Of a stretch of 64,000 nt of DNA, positions 40,600-49,624 are shown piece after piece. The notes under the pieces were generated by a model. The model was given only the letters and a program-made list of their open reading frames with translations. It ran no database searches and was not told the DNA's origin. The stretch is taken from positions 24,916-88,915 of the forward strand of contig DATCRI010000077.1 in assembly GCA_036569045.1 (NCBI GenBank), written 5' to 3'. The position numbers and the translations under genes were made by a program. This stretch comes from Chthoniobacterales bacterium (GTDB lineage: Bacteria; Verrucomicrobiota; Verrucomicrobiia; Chthoniobacterales; JAATET01). Each line of letters starts with the position of its first letter. Positions within the stretch are counted from its first letter, which is position 1.

Positions 40600-41022
40600 A
40601 TGTCCGAAAGCACCAACGAAGAGTCCGTCACGGATCCCGTGAACACCGCCAACGAAAAGTTCGAAAGCGGGACCGCCCATGCCAAGGCCGCCCTCGAGGA
40701 AACCACCGCCGCCGCGAAGGAAGTCTTCGAAACCGGCAAGAAGCGCGCCCAGACTGCCGTTGCCGCCAGCCGCGAGCATCTCACCCATGCGGCCAAGGAC
40801 ATCGGCGAAGCCGCCGGCGCCAAATATCAGGATCTCCGCACCCAGGCCACGATCAAGGCCGAGGAATACAAGGGCAAAGCCCAGCAGGCCTACTCCGGCG
40901 CTGCGGCCAAGGCCCAGAATCTCCAGGGCGATACCGAGCAATACATCCGGGACAATCCGCTTCAGGCGGTCGGAATTGCCGCGGCAGCGGGCTTTCTGAT
41001 CGGCCTCATCATGCGCCGATAG
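40600..41022 (+). CDS. YqjD/ElaB (DUF883) family membrane-anchored stress protein
   Basis: 140 aa. Ala/Lys/Glu-rich helical body and C-terminal anchor NPLQAVGIAAAAGFLIGLIMRR. Confidence 0.8.
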   Translation: MSESTNEESVTDPVNTANEKFESGTAHAKAALEETTAAAKEVFETGKKRAQTAVAASREHLTHAAKDIGEAAGAKYQDLRTQATIKAEEYKGKAQQAYSGAAAKAQNLQGDTEQYIRDNPLQAVGIAAAAGFLIGLIMRR

Positions 41023-41050
41023 GCGCCGTTACCCTGACCTCGACGTCCGG

Positions 41051-41491
41051 ATGACTCATCCTGCTTCACCCGGGCCCGCTGGCGCGGAAACGCGCGGCGT
41101 CGTCGCCCAGGCGATGCGGCTCTTCAGTTCGCTCACGCGTCATCTTCAATCCCTCGTCGCCCTCGCGGGCCTCGAGGGGCGTGAAGCGGTCGGCCTGTAT
41201 GTGCGCGCCGCCATTGCTCTCGGCGTGGCTCTCTTCTGCGCCGCCTTCGGCTACGTTTTTCTGATTCTCGCCGTGGCCTTCGCCCTCGATCGCTTCCTTC
41301 ACGTCGATTGGATCTGGATCGCGTCGGGATTTGCCGTTCTGCATCTCCTCGGTGCCGCGATCGCCGGCTTCCTCACGAAAAAATTCTTCACCACGCCCGT
41401 CTTCCGCGGCACTGCGGAGGAAATCCGCCGCGATGTGGCCGCCCTGCACAGCGCCGGCGCCACGACTGGCACTCAACCTCCTCTGATGTAA
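41051..41491 (+). CDS. YqjE-like (holin-X/DUF1469-type) membrane protein
   Basis: Two-helix membrane protein directly after the DUF883 gene, as in the E. coli yqjD-yqjE-yqjK arrangement. Confidence 0.55.
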   Translation: MTHPASPGPAGAETRGVVAQAMRLFSSLTRHLQSLVALAGLEGREAVGLYVRAAIALGVALFCAAFGYVFLILAVAFALDRFLHVDWIWIASGFAVLHLLGAAIAGFLTKKFFTTPVFRGTAEEIRRDVAALHSAGATTGTQPPLM

Positions 41492-41841
41492 TGACCGCCG
41501 ACGACCTCCGCCAGGAAATCGCCGCAAGCCGGCGCGCCATTCAGGCCGACTACGTGGGCCTGCGCTACGAACTCGACTTCGCCACGAAGGCAAAGCGCGC
41601 CGTCGTCGAACACCCCGGCCGCTGGCTCGGCGGCGCCGCCCTTTTCGGTTACCTCCTTTCCGGTCGCCGGCACAAAAAGCCAGCCAAGGCGCGCCACAAG
41701 AAGGATGAAGCCGAACCCGTCAAGCGGCTTACCATTGTCGGCGTCATCCTCACCGCCGCCCGCATTTTGTTCCCGGTCGTGAGGCCTGCCCTCACATCTT
41801 TCGCGCTCCGCAAGATCTCGGACTACGCAGGCCGCCGGTAG
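41491..41841 (+). CDS. hypothetical membrane protein (YqjK-position)
   Basis: 116 aa from MTADDLRQEIAASRR. The ATG shares one base with the upstream TAA. One or two hydrophobic segments. Confidence 0.5.
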   Translation: MTADDLRQEIAASRRAIQADYVGLRYELDFATKAKRAVVEHPGRWLGGAALFGYLLSGRRHKKPAKARHKKDEAEPVKRLTIVGVILTAARILFPVVRPALTSFALRKISDYAGRR

Positions 41842-41943
41842 TAGCCGTCCGGCCCGGCGGAATCGAAACGGATTGCCAGAGGCCGCATTTCCGCGGAATT
41901 TCTTGGCTTTCCCGCCTTCGTCGTCTTTCTTCACCGCCGCCTC

Positions 41944-43500
41944 ATGTCCAGCCAGTCCCATGCTCCCTTTTCTTCGCCCGGCTCCGGAGCTCCCATGACT
42001 GAGGGGCCGCAAAAGAGCGTGGGGGTAATCGGTGGCGGCCCCGCCGGACTGACCGCAGCCTATCTGCTCGCGAAGGCCGGCGTCGCCGTGACGGTTTACG
42101 AAGCCGATCCGGAATACGTTGGCGGCATTTCCCGCACGGCGCGCTACAAGGGTTTTCACTTCGACATCGGCGGCCACCGCTTCTTCTCCAAATCGCAGGA
42201 AGTCGAAGATTTCTGGGACGAGATTCTGCCCGACGACATGCTCGTCCGCCCGCGCTCGTCCCGCATCTACTACCGCCGCAAGTTCTTCTCCTACCCGCTG
42301 CGTCCCTTCGAGGCGCTCATGAATCTCGGCATCTTCGAGTCGATTCTCTGTGGGCTCTCCTACGCGAAGGCCCAGGTTTTTCCGGTAAAAAACCCGCGCA
42401 ACTTCGAGCAATGGGTCAGCAACCAGTTCGGCCAGCGCCTGTTTCGGATTTTCTTCAAGACCTACACCGAAAAGGTATGGGGAATGCGCTGCGAGGACAT
42501 CTCCGCCGACTGGGCCGCCCAGCGCATCAAGGGGCTTTCGCTCGGCAAAGCCGTGTTGAGCGCGCTGCTTCCCAAGCCGAAGAGCGCCGACCGCGGAGCC
42601 GTCGTCAAAACGCTCATCAACACGTTCCGCTATCCGCGCAAGGGCCCCGGCATGATGTGGGAAGCCTGCGCCGCGAAGATCGAAGCCCTCGGCGGCAGGG
42701 TCGTGATGGGCCGCCGCGTCACCGCCCTCACGCAGGAACCCGGCAGCACGCGCTGGGCGCTTATTACCGAGGACGCCGACGGCCAGAGCGAGACCGCCAC
42801 GTTCGACCACGCCATCTCGACCACCCCCATTCGCACGCTGGCCCGATTGATCTCCCCCGCGCTGACCGCGCCAACCCTCGAGGCCGCGGCTTCGCTGAAA
42901 TATCGCGACTTCCTCACCGTCGTCCTCATCCTCAAGTCTAAGGCGTCGTTCGACGATAACTGGATCTACATCCACGAGCCCGGTGTGAAGGTCGGCCGCA
43001 TCCAGAACTTCCGCTCGTGGTCGCCCGAGATGGTGCCCGACCCGAATGTCTCCTGCCTCGGCCTCGAATACTTCTGTTTCGAGGGAGACCAGCTCTGGAA
43101 CTCCACCGACGAGGAACTCATCTCCCTCGGCAAGCGCGAGATGGAGTCGCTCGGCCTCGCCCGTGCGTCGGAGATCGTCGATGGCTGCATCGTGCGCCAG
43201 CCAAAGGCCTATCCGGTCTATGACGACCAATACGCCGCGCACGTGGCGACGATTCGCGCCGAACTCGACGCCCGTTTCCCCACGCTCCACCTCGCCGGCC
43301 GCAACGGCCTCCACAAATACAACAACCAGGACCACTCGATGATGACCGCCATGCTCGGCGCGAAAAACATCCTCGCGGGCAAAAAGGTTTACGACGTGTG
43401 GGAGGTCAACGAAGACGCCGAATACCACGAAGGCGGCTCCGCCGGCTCGCAGTCCGTGAGCGGCCTTCGCCAGACGCCCACTCGCGTCGTCGCCGAGTGA
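41944..43500 (+). CDS. NAD(P)/FAD-dependent oxidoreductase (amine-oxidase/HemY-like fold)
   Basis: Dinucleotide-binding [15 protein letters not shown]...VYEA, then [22 protein letters not shown]. Confidence 0.8.
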   Translation: MSSQSHAPFSSPGSGAPMTEGPQKSVGVIGGGPAGLTAAYLLAKAGVAVTVYEADPEYVGGISRTARYKGFHFDIGGHRFFSKSQEVEDFWDEILPDDMLVRPRSSRIYYRRKFFSYPLRPFEALMNLGIFESILCGLSYAKAQVFPVKNPRNFEQWVSNQFGQRLFRIFFKTYTEKVWGMRCEDISADWAAQRIKGLSLGKAVLSALLPKPKSADRGAVVKTLINTFRYPRKGPGMMWEACAAKIEALGGRVVMGRRVTALTQEPGSTRWALITEDADGQSETATFDHAISTTPIRTLARLISPALTAPTLEAAASLKYRDFLTVVLILKSKASFDDNWIYIHEPGVKVGRIQNFRSWSPEMVPDPNVSCLGLEYFCFEGDQLWNSTDEELISLGKREMESLGLARASEIVDGCIVRQPKAYPVYDDQYAAHVATIRAELDARFPTLHLAGRNGLHKYNNQDHSMMTAMLGAKNILAGKKVYDVWEVNEDAEYHEGGSAGSQSVSGLRQTPTRVVAE

Positions 43501-44957
43501 ACGCTCGAGTCGGCACCGCGCTCTTCTTCGCCGCCGCGCTCGTCGGCATGATCGCCCTCGCGCTGGGCGCGGAGCTCAACCACGACGAGCACCAGTTCGT
43601 CGCCTCAGCCGCGCTTCTCGCCCGTGAGGGCCTGCTGCCCTACCGCGATTTCCCGTATTTCCACACGCCGAACCTCGTCGGAATCTACGCGCTGCTTTTC
43701 CAGCTCACGGATCACCTCCTGCTCGCCGCGCGGCTGTTTTCCATGGTCTGCGCCTGGCTTTCCGGCCTCGTTCTGTTCGGCTTCGCATGGCGTCGCAGTT
43801 CGAGCATCGCCTTCGCACTTGGCGTCGCCGCGCTGTTCCTGACGAATCCCGTTGTCGTCTACACGTTCCCCAAAGCCTGGAACAATTTCCCGCCCGTGCT
43901 GCTGCTCCTGCTCGCGTTCGTGAGCCAATGCCGTGGCGCGCGAACCGCCCACGTTGGCTGGTTTTTTGCGAGCGGACTTTTCGTCGCCTTCGCCGCCGGC
44001 ACGCGCATTTCCTTCGCCCCGCTCGCGCTGCCGTTTCTCGTCATGGCGTGGTTCACGCCCGGAAAATGGCGCACCGTCGCCGCCGCCCTCGCCGGCATGT
44101 TCCTCGCGTCGATTCCCGTGTTCTTCTTCCTCGCGATCACGCCCGGCGAATTTCTCTTCGACAATCTCGTCTACAACGGCCGCGTGAACGCCGCCTATCG
44201 GCTCGCCTCCGGCGACGAACGCTCCGCCCTGGCCGCCAAGGCCTTCTTCGTCGCCAAGACCCTCGTCAACCCGGGCAATCTCGCCCTGTTCGCCGCCGGC
44301 CTGTTCGCCCTCTGGCAAGTCGCCCGCCGCTACCGCTCCGATTACGCCGTCGCGCTGCTTCTCGCGATTCTGCCCTTCGTGCTGCTCGGCGTCTTCGCCC
44401 CCACGCCATCGTATACCCAATACTACTCCGTCCTCGCTGCCGTGCTCGCCCTTGCCGTGGCAATCGGCCTGAAACCGCGACCGATCTGGCCACTCGCCGC
44501 CGCCGTGGGGCTGAGCCTGATCGCCTCCCTCGTTCAGCATTTCACCATGCTTACCCGCTTCGCCTCCGGAAAATGGACGCCGCTCCAGCTCCATGCAAAA
44601 GGCCGCGCCGTGCCTGCCGAGGCCGGTCCCGGCCGCATCCTCACGCTCGCACCGATCGTCGCATTGGAAGGCGGCTCGGAAATTTACGGGGCGTTCGCGA
44701 CCGGCTCGTTCGCGTGGAGAACCGCACCCTATCTTTCGGAGGAAGATCGCCGCCGCCACGGATTCGTTGCACCGCCGGACCTTCCCGCCTTGCTCGCCGC
44801 GCAACCTCCGGCTGGCATCCTGCTCGGCTACGACAAAGAGCGCGAAGAAGCCCTGCTCAACTACGCAAAGACCCACGGCTACCGCCGCGTCAAACTCCCG
44901 GACAAAATCAATCTCTGGCTGCCGCCGGCGGCTGCCCCGGGGAATTCATCGCCCTAG
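43497..44957 (+). CDS. polytopic GT-C-like glycosyltransferase (PMT_2/ArnT-like), hypothetical
   Basis: About 10 or more hydrophobic helices. N-terminal loop motif [16 protein letters not shown] resembles the YxDxxxxxPP loop of GT39/83-type enzymes. The GTG start overlaps the upstream TGA. Confidence 0.55.
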   Translation: MNARVGTALFFAAALVGMIALALGAELNHDEHQFVASAALLAREGLLPYRDFPYFHTPNLVGIYALLFQLTDHLLLAARLFSMVCAWLSGLVLFGFAWRRSSSIAFALGVAALFLTNPVVVYTFPKAWNNFPPVLLLLLAFVSQCRGARTAHVGWFFASGLFVAFAAGTRISFAPLALPFLVMAWFTPGKWRTVAAALAGMFLASIPVFFFLAITPGEFLFDNLVYNGRVNAAYRLASGDERSALAAKAFFVAKTLVNPGNLALFAAGLFALWQVARRYRSDYAVALLLAILPFVLLGVFAPTPSYTQYYSVLAAVLALAVAIGLKPRPIWPLAAAVGLSLIASLVQHFTMLTRFASGKWTPLQLHAKGRAVPAEAGPGRILTLAPIVALEGGSEIYGAFATGSFAWRTAPYLSEEDRRRHGFVAPPDLPALLAAQPPAGILLGYDKEREEALLNYAKTHGYRRVKLPDKINLWLPPAAAPGNSSP

Positions 44958-45376
44958 GAATCGATCGGGGGCGCGAGGTATTCGATCTGCTGCACCTTCG
45001 TGGCGAGAATTTTCCACTTCCCGCCATCCAGCCGCAGCAAATGCTCGCCGGTCACGCGATTGTCGCGAAATCTTGTCTCGGGCGACCGCCGGCGCGTAAC
45101 CTGAGCGTAGCCCACGCGCACCTCCCAAGGGCCGCTGCCCGCCACGTGGCATTGCTCGAGCGTGTAGGAAAGATCCAGAGGTCGCACCTGTGCGAAGATC
45201 GCGTCCATCTGCCCGTAGAGCGGATTCTGGGGATGCGTCGTCGCCCTCGCCAGATCGGCATTGCCCTCCGCGAACGCCCGCACATTTTCCCGAACCACTT
45301 CGAGCGCCCGTTCGTCCGGCGGACGATGGCATCCGCTCAGCAACAGGCAGGCGATCACTCCTCCCACCCAGGCCAT
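44954..45376 (-). CDS. lipoprotein, hypothetical
   Basis: Start at MAWVGGVIACLLLSGC (lipobox). About 140 aa. Confidence 0.55.
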   Translation of the reverse strand: MAWVGGVIACLLLSGCHRPPDERALEVVRENVRAFAEGNADLARATTHPQNPLYGQMDAIFAQVRPLDLSYTLEQCHVAGSGPWEVRVGYAQVTRRRSPETRFRDNRVTGEHLLRLDGGKWKILATKVQQIEYLAPPIDS

Positions 45377-45545
45377 TCTTCGTCCCGCAATCACCGCCCC
45401 TGTCTCGCACGCTTCGCACCCTGATGACAATTGCGATCCGAGGGACTTGACGCCTCGCCCGGCGCAAAGTAACAGCCCACTGCAACCACCATGTTCCCCG
45501 TTCGCCCCTGCCCGGCCTTCCCAGTTTTCTGGGACGCGCTGCCGC

Positions 45546-45563
45546 CGACAAAATCATTTGTCG
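45546..45563. promoter_or_regulatory. inverted repeat CGACAAA-ATCA-TTTGTCG upstream of pilT
   Basis: Perfect 7-bp arms 48 nt upstream of the pilT GTG, inside a 180-nt intergenic region that also carries a TTGACG hexamer near 45449. Confidence 0.25.
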
Positions 45564-45610
45564 ACGTCGCGAACTCCGCTTTATTTCCCTCTCCCCTTTG
45601 ATTCCTTCCC

Positions 45611-46696
45611 GTGAGTGATTCCCCTCATCCGCTGCTCGAGCACGTCGATCTTTATCTGAACGTTGGCAAGGAGCACGACGCCTCCGACATTCACCTCAGC
45701 GTCAACTCCCCGCCCATGTGGCGACGCTACGGCGTTCTGCAACCGATCTGGGACGACGCCCCGCTCCTCACCCCGGAGGATACCGAGCGACTCGCGATGG
45801 GCTTCCTCACGCCCGCCCAGAAGCATCACCTTTCCGACATCGGCGACGTCGACTTCGCCTACCAGAACGACTTCGGCCGTTTCCGCGCGAGCGTCGTGCG
45901 CCAGCGCCTCGGCATCGATCTCTGCTTCCGCATCATCTCCACCTCGCTGCGGACCATGGACGACCTCGGTCTGCCGAACGCCGTCAAGCTCCTCACCCAA
46001 TACCAGAACGGCCTCGTGCTCGTGACTGGCGCCGTCGGCAGCGGAAAATCCACGACGCTCGCCGCCCTCGTGCAGGAGGTGAACCGCACTCGCCACGACC
46101 ACATCATCACGCTCGAGGATCCGGTCGAATACATCATTCCCTCCGCCAGCTGCCACGTCACGCAGCGCGAAGTCCACACTCACACCAAGTCCTTTGGCGC
46201 CGCTCTCCGTGGCGCCCTTCGTGAAGATCCGGACATCATCATGGTCGGCGAAATGCGCGACCTCGAGACCATCTCGCTCGCCATCACGGCTTCCGAAACC
46301 GGTCACCTCGTGCTCGGCACCCTCCACACCGCAAATGCCGCCCGCACGCTCGATCGCGTGCTCGACGTCTTCCCCACCGACCAGCGCGACCAGATTCGCA
46401 TCATGGTCAGCGAATCGCTCCGCGGCATCGTCTCCCAGCAGCTCGTCCCGCGCGCCGATGGCCAGGGCCGCGCGCTCGCCCTCGAGGTCATGGTGAACAA
46501 TCCCGCCGTGGCAAACCTCATCCGCGAATCCCGCACGTTCATGCTCCCGGGCGTCATTCAGACCGGCAAGCGCCTCGGCATGAAACTCATGGACGACTCC
46601 CTCATCGAACTCTTCGAAGCCGGCATCATCACCGCCGAGGAAACCCTGGCCCGCGCCGAGCAGAAAGCCGTCGTCCGCCAGGTCGTCGGACTCTAA
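45611..46696 (+). CDS. pilT: type IV pilus retraction ATPase PilT
   Basis: Walker A GAVGSGKSTT, GEMRD, and HLVLGTLHT motifs. GTG start. Confidence 0.9.
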   Translation: MSDSPHPLLEHVDLYLNVGKEHDASDIHLSVNSPPMWRRYGVLQPIWDDAPLLTPEDTERLAMGFLTPAQKHHLSDIGDVDFAYQNDFGRFRASVVRQRLGIDLCFRIISTSLRTMDDLGLPNAVKLLTQYQNGLVLVTGAVGSGKSTTLAALVQEVNRTRHDHIITLEDPVEYIIPSASCHVTQREVHTHTKSFGAALRGALREDPDIIMVGEMRDLETISLAITASETGHLVLGTLHTANAARTLDRVLDVFPTDQRDQIRIMVSESLRGIVSQQLVPRADGQGRALALEVMVNNPAVANLIRESRTFMLPGVIQTGKRLGMKLMDDSLIELFEAGIITAEETLARAEQKAVVRQVVGL

Positions 46697-46726
46697 TTTC
46701 TCCAAAATCCCAACCCCCGCAAACCC

Positions 46727-47881
46727 GTGGCCTACATCGATCAATTCTTCCAGGTCCTCATCGACGCCGGCGCTTCCGACCTTCATCTCGCGGAAGGCCA
46801 GCCTCCCAAGATCCGCCGCCACGGCGAGATCGTTCCCATTCGAGAGGAGATCCTCGAGCGCGACGAGGCCACCCACATGCTCAGCGAGATCTGCTCGCCC
46901 AAGCGCTGGGAGACCTTCGAGCAAACCGGCGACCTCGACTTCGCCTACGAGATGAACGAGGAAGCGCGCTTCCGCTGCAACTACCTCAAGCAAACTCAGG
47001 GCTATGGCGCGGTCTTTCGCCTCATCCCGACGAAAATCCTGACCCTCGAGCAACTCAAGGTGCCCGAAGTGATCAAGGAATTCGGCAAGATGCGCGCCGG
47101 CCTCGTGCTCGTCACCGGCCCCACCGGTTCGGGCAAGTCCACGACGCTCGCCGCACTCATGGACTTCATCAACACGAACTACTCCCGCCACATCGTCACG
47201 GTCGAGGAGCCCATCGAATTCGTTCACAAGAACAAGCGCAGCATCATCACCCAGCGCGAGGTGCCCGAGCACGCGAAGTCCTTCCCCACCGGCCTCAAGG
47301 CCGCCCTGCGCGAGGACGCCGACATCGTGCTCGTCGGCGAAATGCGCGACCTCGAAACGATCTCCCTCGCCCTCACGGCCGCCGAAACCGGCATGCTCGT
47401 CTTCGGCACCTTGCATACGAACAACGCCCGCAAGACCGTCGACCGTATGATCGACGTGTTCCCGTCCGACCAGCAAGCGCAGGTCCGCACCATGCTCGCC
47501 GCCTCGCTCCGCGGGGTCATCGCCCAGCTTCTCATGAAAAAAGCCGACGGCAGCGGACGCGTCGCGGTGAACGAGATTCTCGTCGTCAACAGCGCCGCCT
47601 CCGCGATCATTCGCGAGGGAGCCACCCAGAAATTACAGGATGTCATCGTCGGCGGTCGCGCGGAAGGCATGCAATTCATGGACGACGCCATCTGGACTCA
47701 GCTCCAGCAGGGCGTGGTCAACCCGCACGAGGCCTACATGAAGGCCATCGACAAGGGCCGCTTCAAAAACTTCCTCCCGCCTGAGGAAGCCGACCTCGCG
47801 AACTCCGCCGGCGCGAGCGAAAGCGACATCCCGACAAAGCCGCAAGCCCCGCAGCGGGGATATCGCCCCCCGGGCGCATAG
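46727..47881 (+). CDS. PilT/PilU-family ATPase, second copy
   Basis: Walker A GPTGSGKSTT, GEMRD, MLVFGTLHT. Extra C-terminal tail. GTG start. Confidence 0.85.
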   Translation: MAYIDQFFQVLIDAGASDLHLAEGQPPKIRRHGEIVPIREEILERDEATHMLSEICSPKRWETFEQTGDLDFAYEMNEEARFRCNYLKQTQGYGAVFRLIPTKILTLEQLKVPEVIKEFGKMRAGLVLVTGPTGSGKSTTLAALMDFINTNYSRHIVTVEEPIEFVHKNKRSIITQREVPEHAKSFPTGLKAALREDADIVLVGEMRDLETISLALTAAETGMLVFGTLHTNNARKTVDRMIDVFPSDQQAQVRTMLAASLRGVIAQLLMKKADGSGRVAVNEILVVNSAASAIIREGATQKLQDVIVGGRAEGMQFMDDAIWTQLQQGVVNPHEAYMKAIDKGRFKNFLPPEEADLANSAGASESDIPTKPQAPQRGYRPPGA

Positions 47882-47950
47882 TCGAAGATTACCCGCTCCG
47901 GCAGCGTCCCGAAGTTTGCCCCGGAGCGCCGGCACCGATATTCCATTTCC

Positions 47951-48688
47951 GTGCCGCGCATCCTGGTCATCGACATCAGTAATTCCTTCACGAAATTCAC
48001 CGTCGCCCGACGGGGAAAACTGGGGCGAGTCCATCGCCTCCCGACCCGGGAGCTCTCCACGGCTCGATTTCGCACGGAGATCGCCTCGTTGAAATTCGAT
48101 CGGGCTGTTCTCAGCTCGGTCGTCCCTCGCCGTAACGCCGCCATCGAGCGCGCCCTCGGCTTCGCCCCCATCGAGGTCAATCATCGCGCCCCGCTCGGCA
48201 TTGCGATCGACTACCCGAAGCCCGCGAGCATTGGCGCCGACCGGCTCGCCAACGCCGTCGCCTGCGCCGCGTTGCACGGAACTCCCGCGATCGTGGTGGA
48301 CTTCGGCACCGCCGTGACCTTCGACGTGATCTCGGAGGCCGGCAGCTATCTGGGCGGCGTCATTGCCCCCGGCCTGAGCGCGATGACCGAATATCTGCAC
48401 TCCCGCACGGCGCTGCTTCCCCGCATCCAGCTCGTCGAGCCCCGCCGCGCCGTCGGCAAATCCACCCGCGAAGCCATGCTGGCCGGCGCAGTCTACGGCT
48501 ATCGCGGCCTCATCCGGGAAATCGTCGGCCACATCACCGAGGAGGCGTTCCCCGGCGGATCGCCGCACATCGTCGCAACGGGCGGTGACGCGAAAGTCAT
48601 CGCCCGCGAAGTCCCGCTCTTCACCGCTGTGGATCCCCTGCTCACTCTCCAAGGGCTGCGGATCATCGGCGAACGCGCCGCCTCCTAA
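47951..48688 (+). CDS. coaX: type III pantothenate kinase
   Basis: LVIDISNSFTKF, GADRLANAVA, VVDFGTAVTFD. GTG start. Confidence 0.9.
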   Translation: MPRILVIDISNSFTKFTVARRGKLGRVHRLPTRELSTARFRTEIASLKFDRAVLSSVVPRRNAAIERALGFAPIEVNHRAPLGIAIDYPKPASIGADRLANAVACAALHGTPAIVVDFGTAVTFDVISEAGSYLGGVIAPGLSAMTEYLHSRTALLPRIQLVEPRRAVGKSTREAMLAGAVYGYRGLIREIVGHITEEAFPGGSPHIVATGGDAKVIAREVPLFTAVDPLLTLQGLRIIGERAAS

Positions 48689-48978
48689 TACTGCGAGTCC
48701 GAGCTCGGGTAAGAGCCGCGCGGTGGCGGTTGCAACCGCGAACCCGAAGCCTCCCGGTCGGATTGGAAGTAGAAATATTGCACCGGCAGGGTGATCAGAT
48801 CGAGCGGCAGCACGAGGGGCACGAGCGCGTAATAACCCGGGGCCGGATCATAGGGCCGCCCGCGTGGCTGCGTTGGCGGCGTCGTTCCCTCCGCGTGCGC
48901 AATCATGTCCATCGTCATGCACGAGGTCTGGAGCGTGGCCGTCGCGAAGGCGAGCGCGGCGATCGGGAGGATCTTCAT
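48685..48978 (-). CDS. small secreted or lipoprotein, hypothetical
   Basis: Start at MKILPIAALAFATATLQTSC. The segment YALVPLVLPLDLITLPV faintly recalls YceK-type lipoproteins (unverified). Confidence 0.45.
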   Translation of the reverse strand: MKILPIAALAFATATLQTSCMTMDMIAHAEGTTPPTQPRGRPYDPAPGYYALVPLVLPLDLITLPVQYFYFQSDREASGSRLQPPPRGSYPSSDSQY

Positions 48979-49050
48979 GGTCGGAGACGTTCGACGCATC
49001 CCGGGCACGATTCAAGGCGGAACCCCTCGAGAACTTTCGGAGATGCAGCC

Positions 49051-49078
49051 TTGACACCCCGCGACTGACCGCTAGTCT
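49051..49078 (+). promoter_or_regulatory. candidate sigma-70 promoter for rplI-dnaB
   Basis: TTGACA (49051-49056), a 16-nt spacer, then TAGTCT (49073-49078). An AAGGAG Shine-Dalgarno lies at 49099-49104, 5 nt before the ATG. Confidence 0.4.
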
Positions 49079-49109
49079 CTTCCCTCCGATCCATTTTCAA
49101 GGAGCGCAT

Positions 49110-49610
49110 ATGGCACACACCGAAGTCATTCTCACCACCAATCTCCAGCCCCTCGGCGCCGAAGCGGATATCGTTCGCGTCCGCCGCGGCTATGCGCGCA
49201 ATTTCCTCGTTCCGCAGGGCAAGGCCCTCGAAGTCTCGAAGGGTGCGCTGCGTTCGCTGAATCATCTCAAGCAAAAGCGCGCCGAACGCGAGGCCCGCGA
49301 AGTCACCGCCGCCGAGGAGCTCGCCTCCCGCATCAACAAGCTCAAGCTCACTCTCGAGCTCGAGACCGGTTCCCAGGGCAAGGCCTTCGGTTCCATCACG
49401 GCCAAGGACCTCACCGAGAAGCTTGAAGCGGAACTCAAGGACGTCACCCTTCCCAAGCACGCCGTCCAGCTCGAGAAGGGCATCAAGGAAAGCGGCGAGC
49501 ACGAGATTTCCGTCCGCCTGCATCCCGACGTGACCGCGAAGCTCAAGGTTACCGTGGCCGCGCACTCCGACAAGGACATCGCCGCCGAGGAAGACGCCGA
49601 CCGCAGCTAA
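49110..49610 (+). CDS. rplI: 50S ribosomal protein L9
   Basis: MAHTEVILTTNLQPLGAEADIVRVRRGYARNFLVPQGKA is the canonical L9 N-domain. Confidence 0.9.
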   Translation: MAHTEVILTTNLQPLGAEADIVRVRRGYARNFLVPQGKALEVSKGALRSLNHLKQKRAEREAREVTAAEELASRINKLKLTLELETGSQGKAFGSITAKDLTEKLEAELKDVTLPKHAVQLEKGIKESGEHEISVRLHPDVTAKLKVTVAAHSDKDIAAEEDADRS

Positions 49611-49624
49611 GCACCGATTTCTGA

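Noticed and set aside
41051-41491. Holin-like protein as a prophage marker
   Set aside because: It sits between a DUF883 stress protein and a YqjK-position gene, which is the yqjD-yqjE-yqjK arrangement. No endolysin, terminase, capsid or integrase genes are nearby.
45581-47476. 631-aa minus-strand ORF
   Set aside because: Antisense to the two PilT-family genes. It is a shadow frame.
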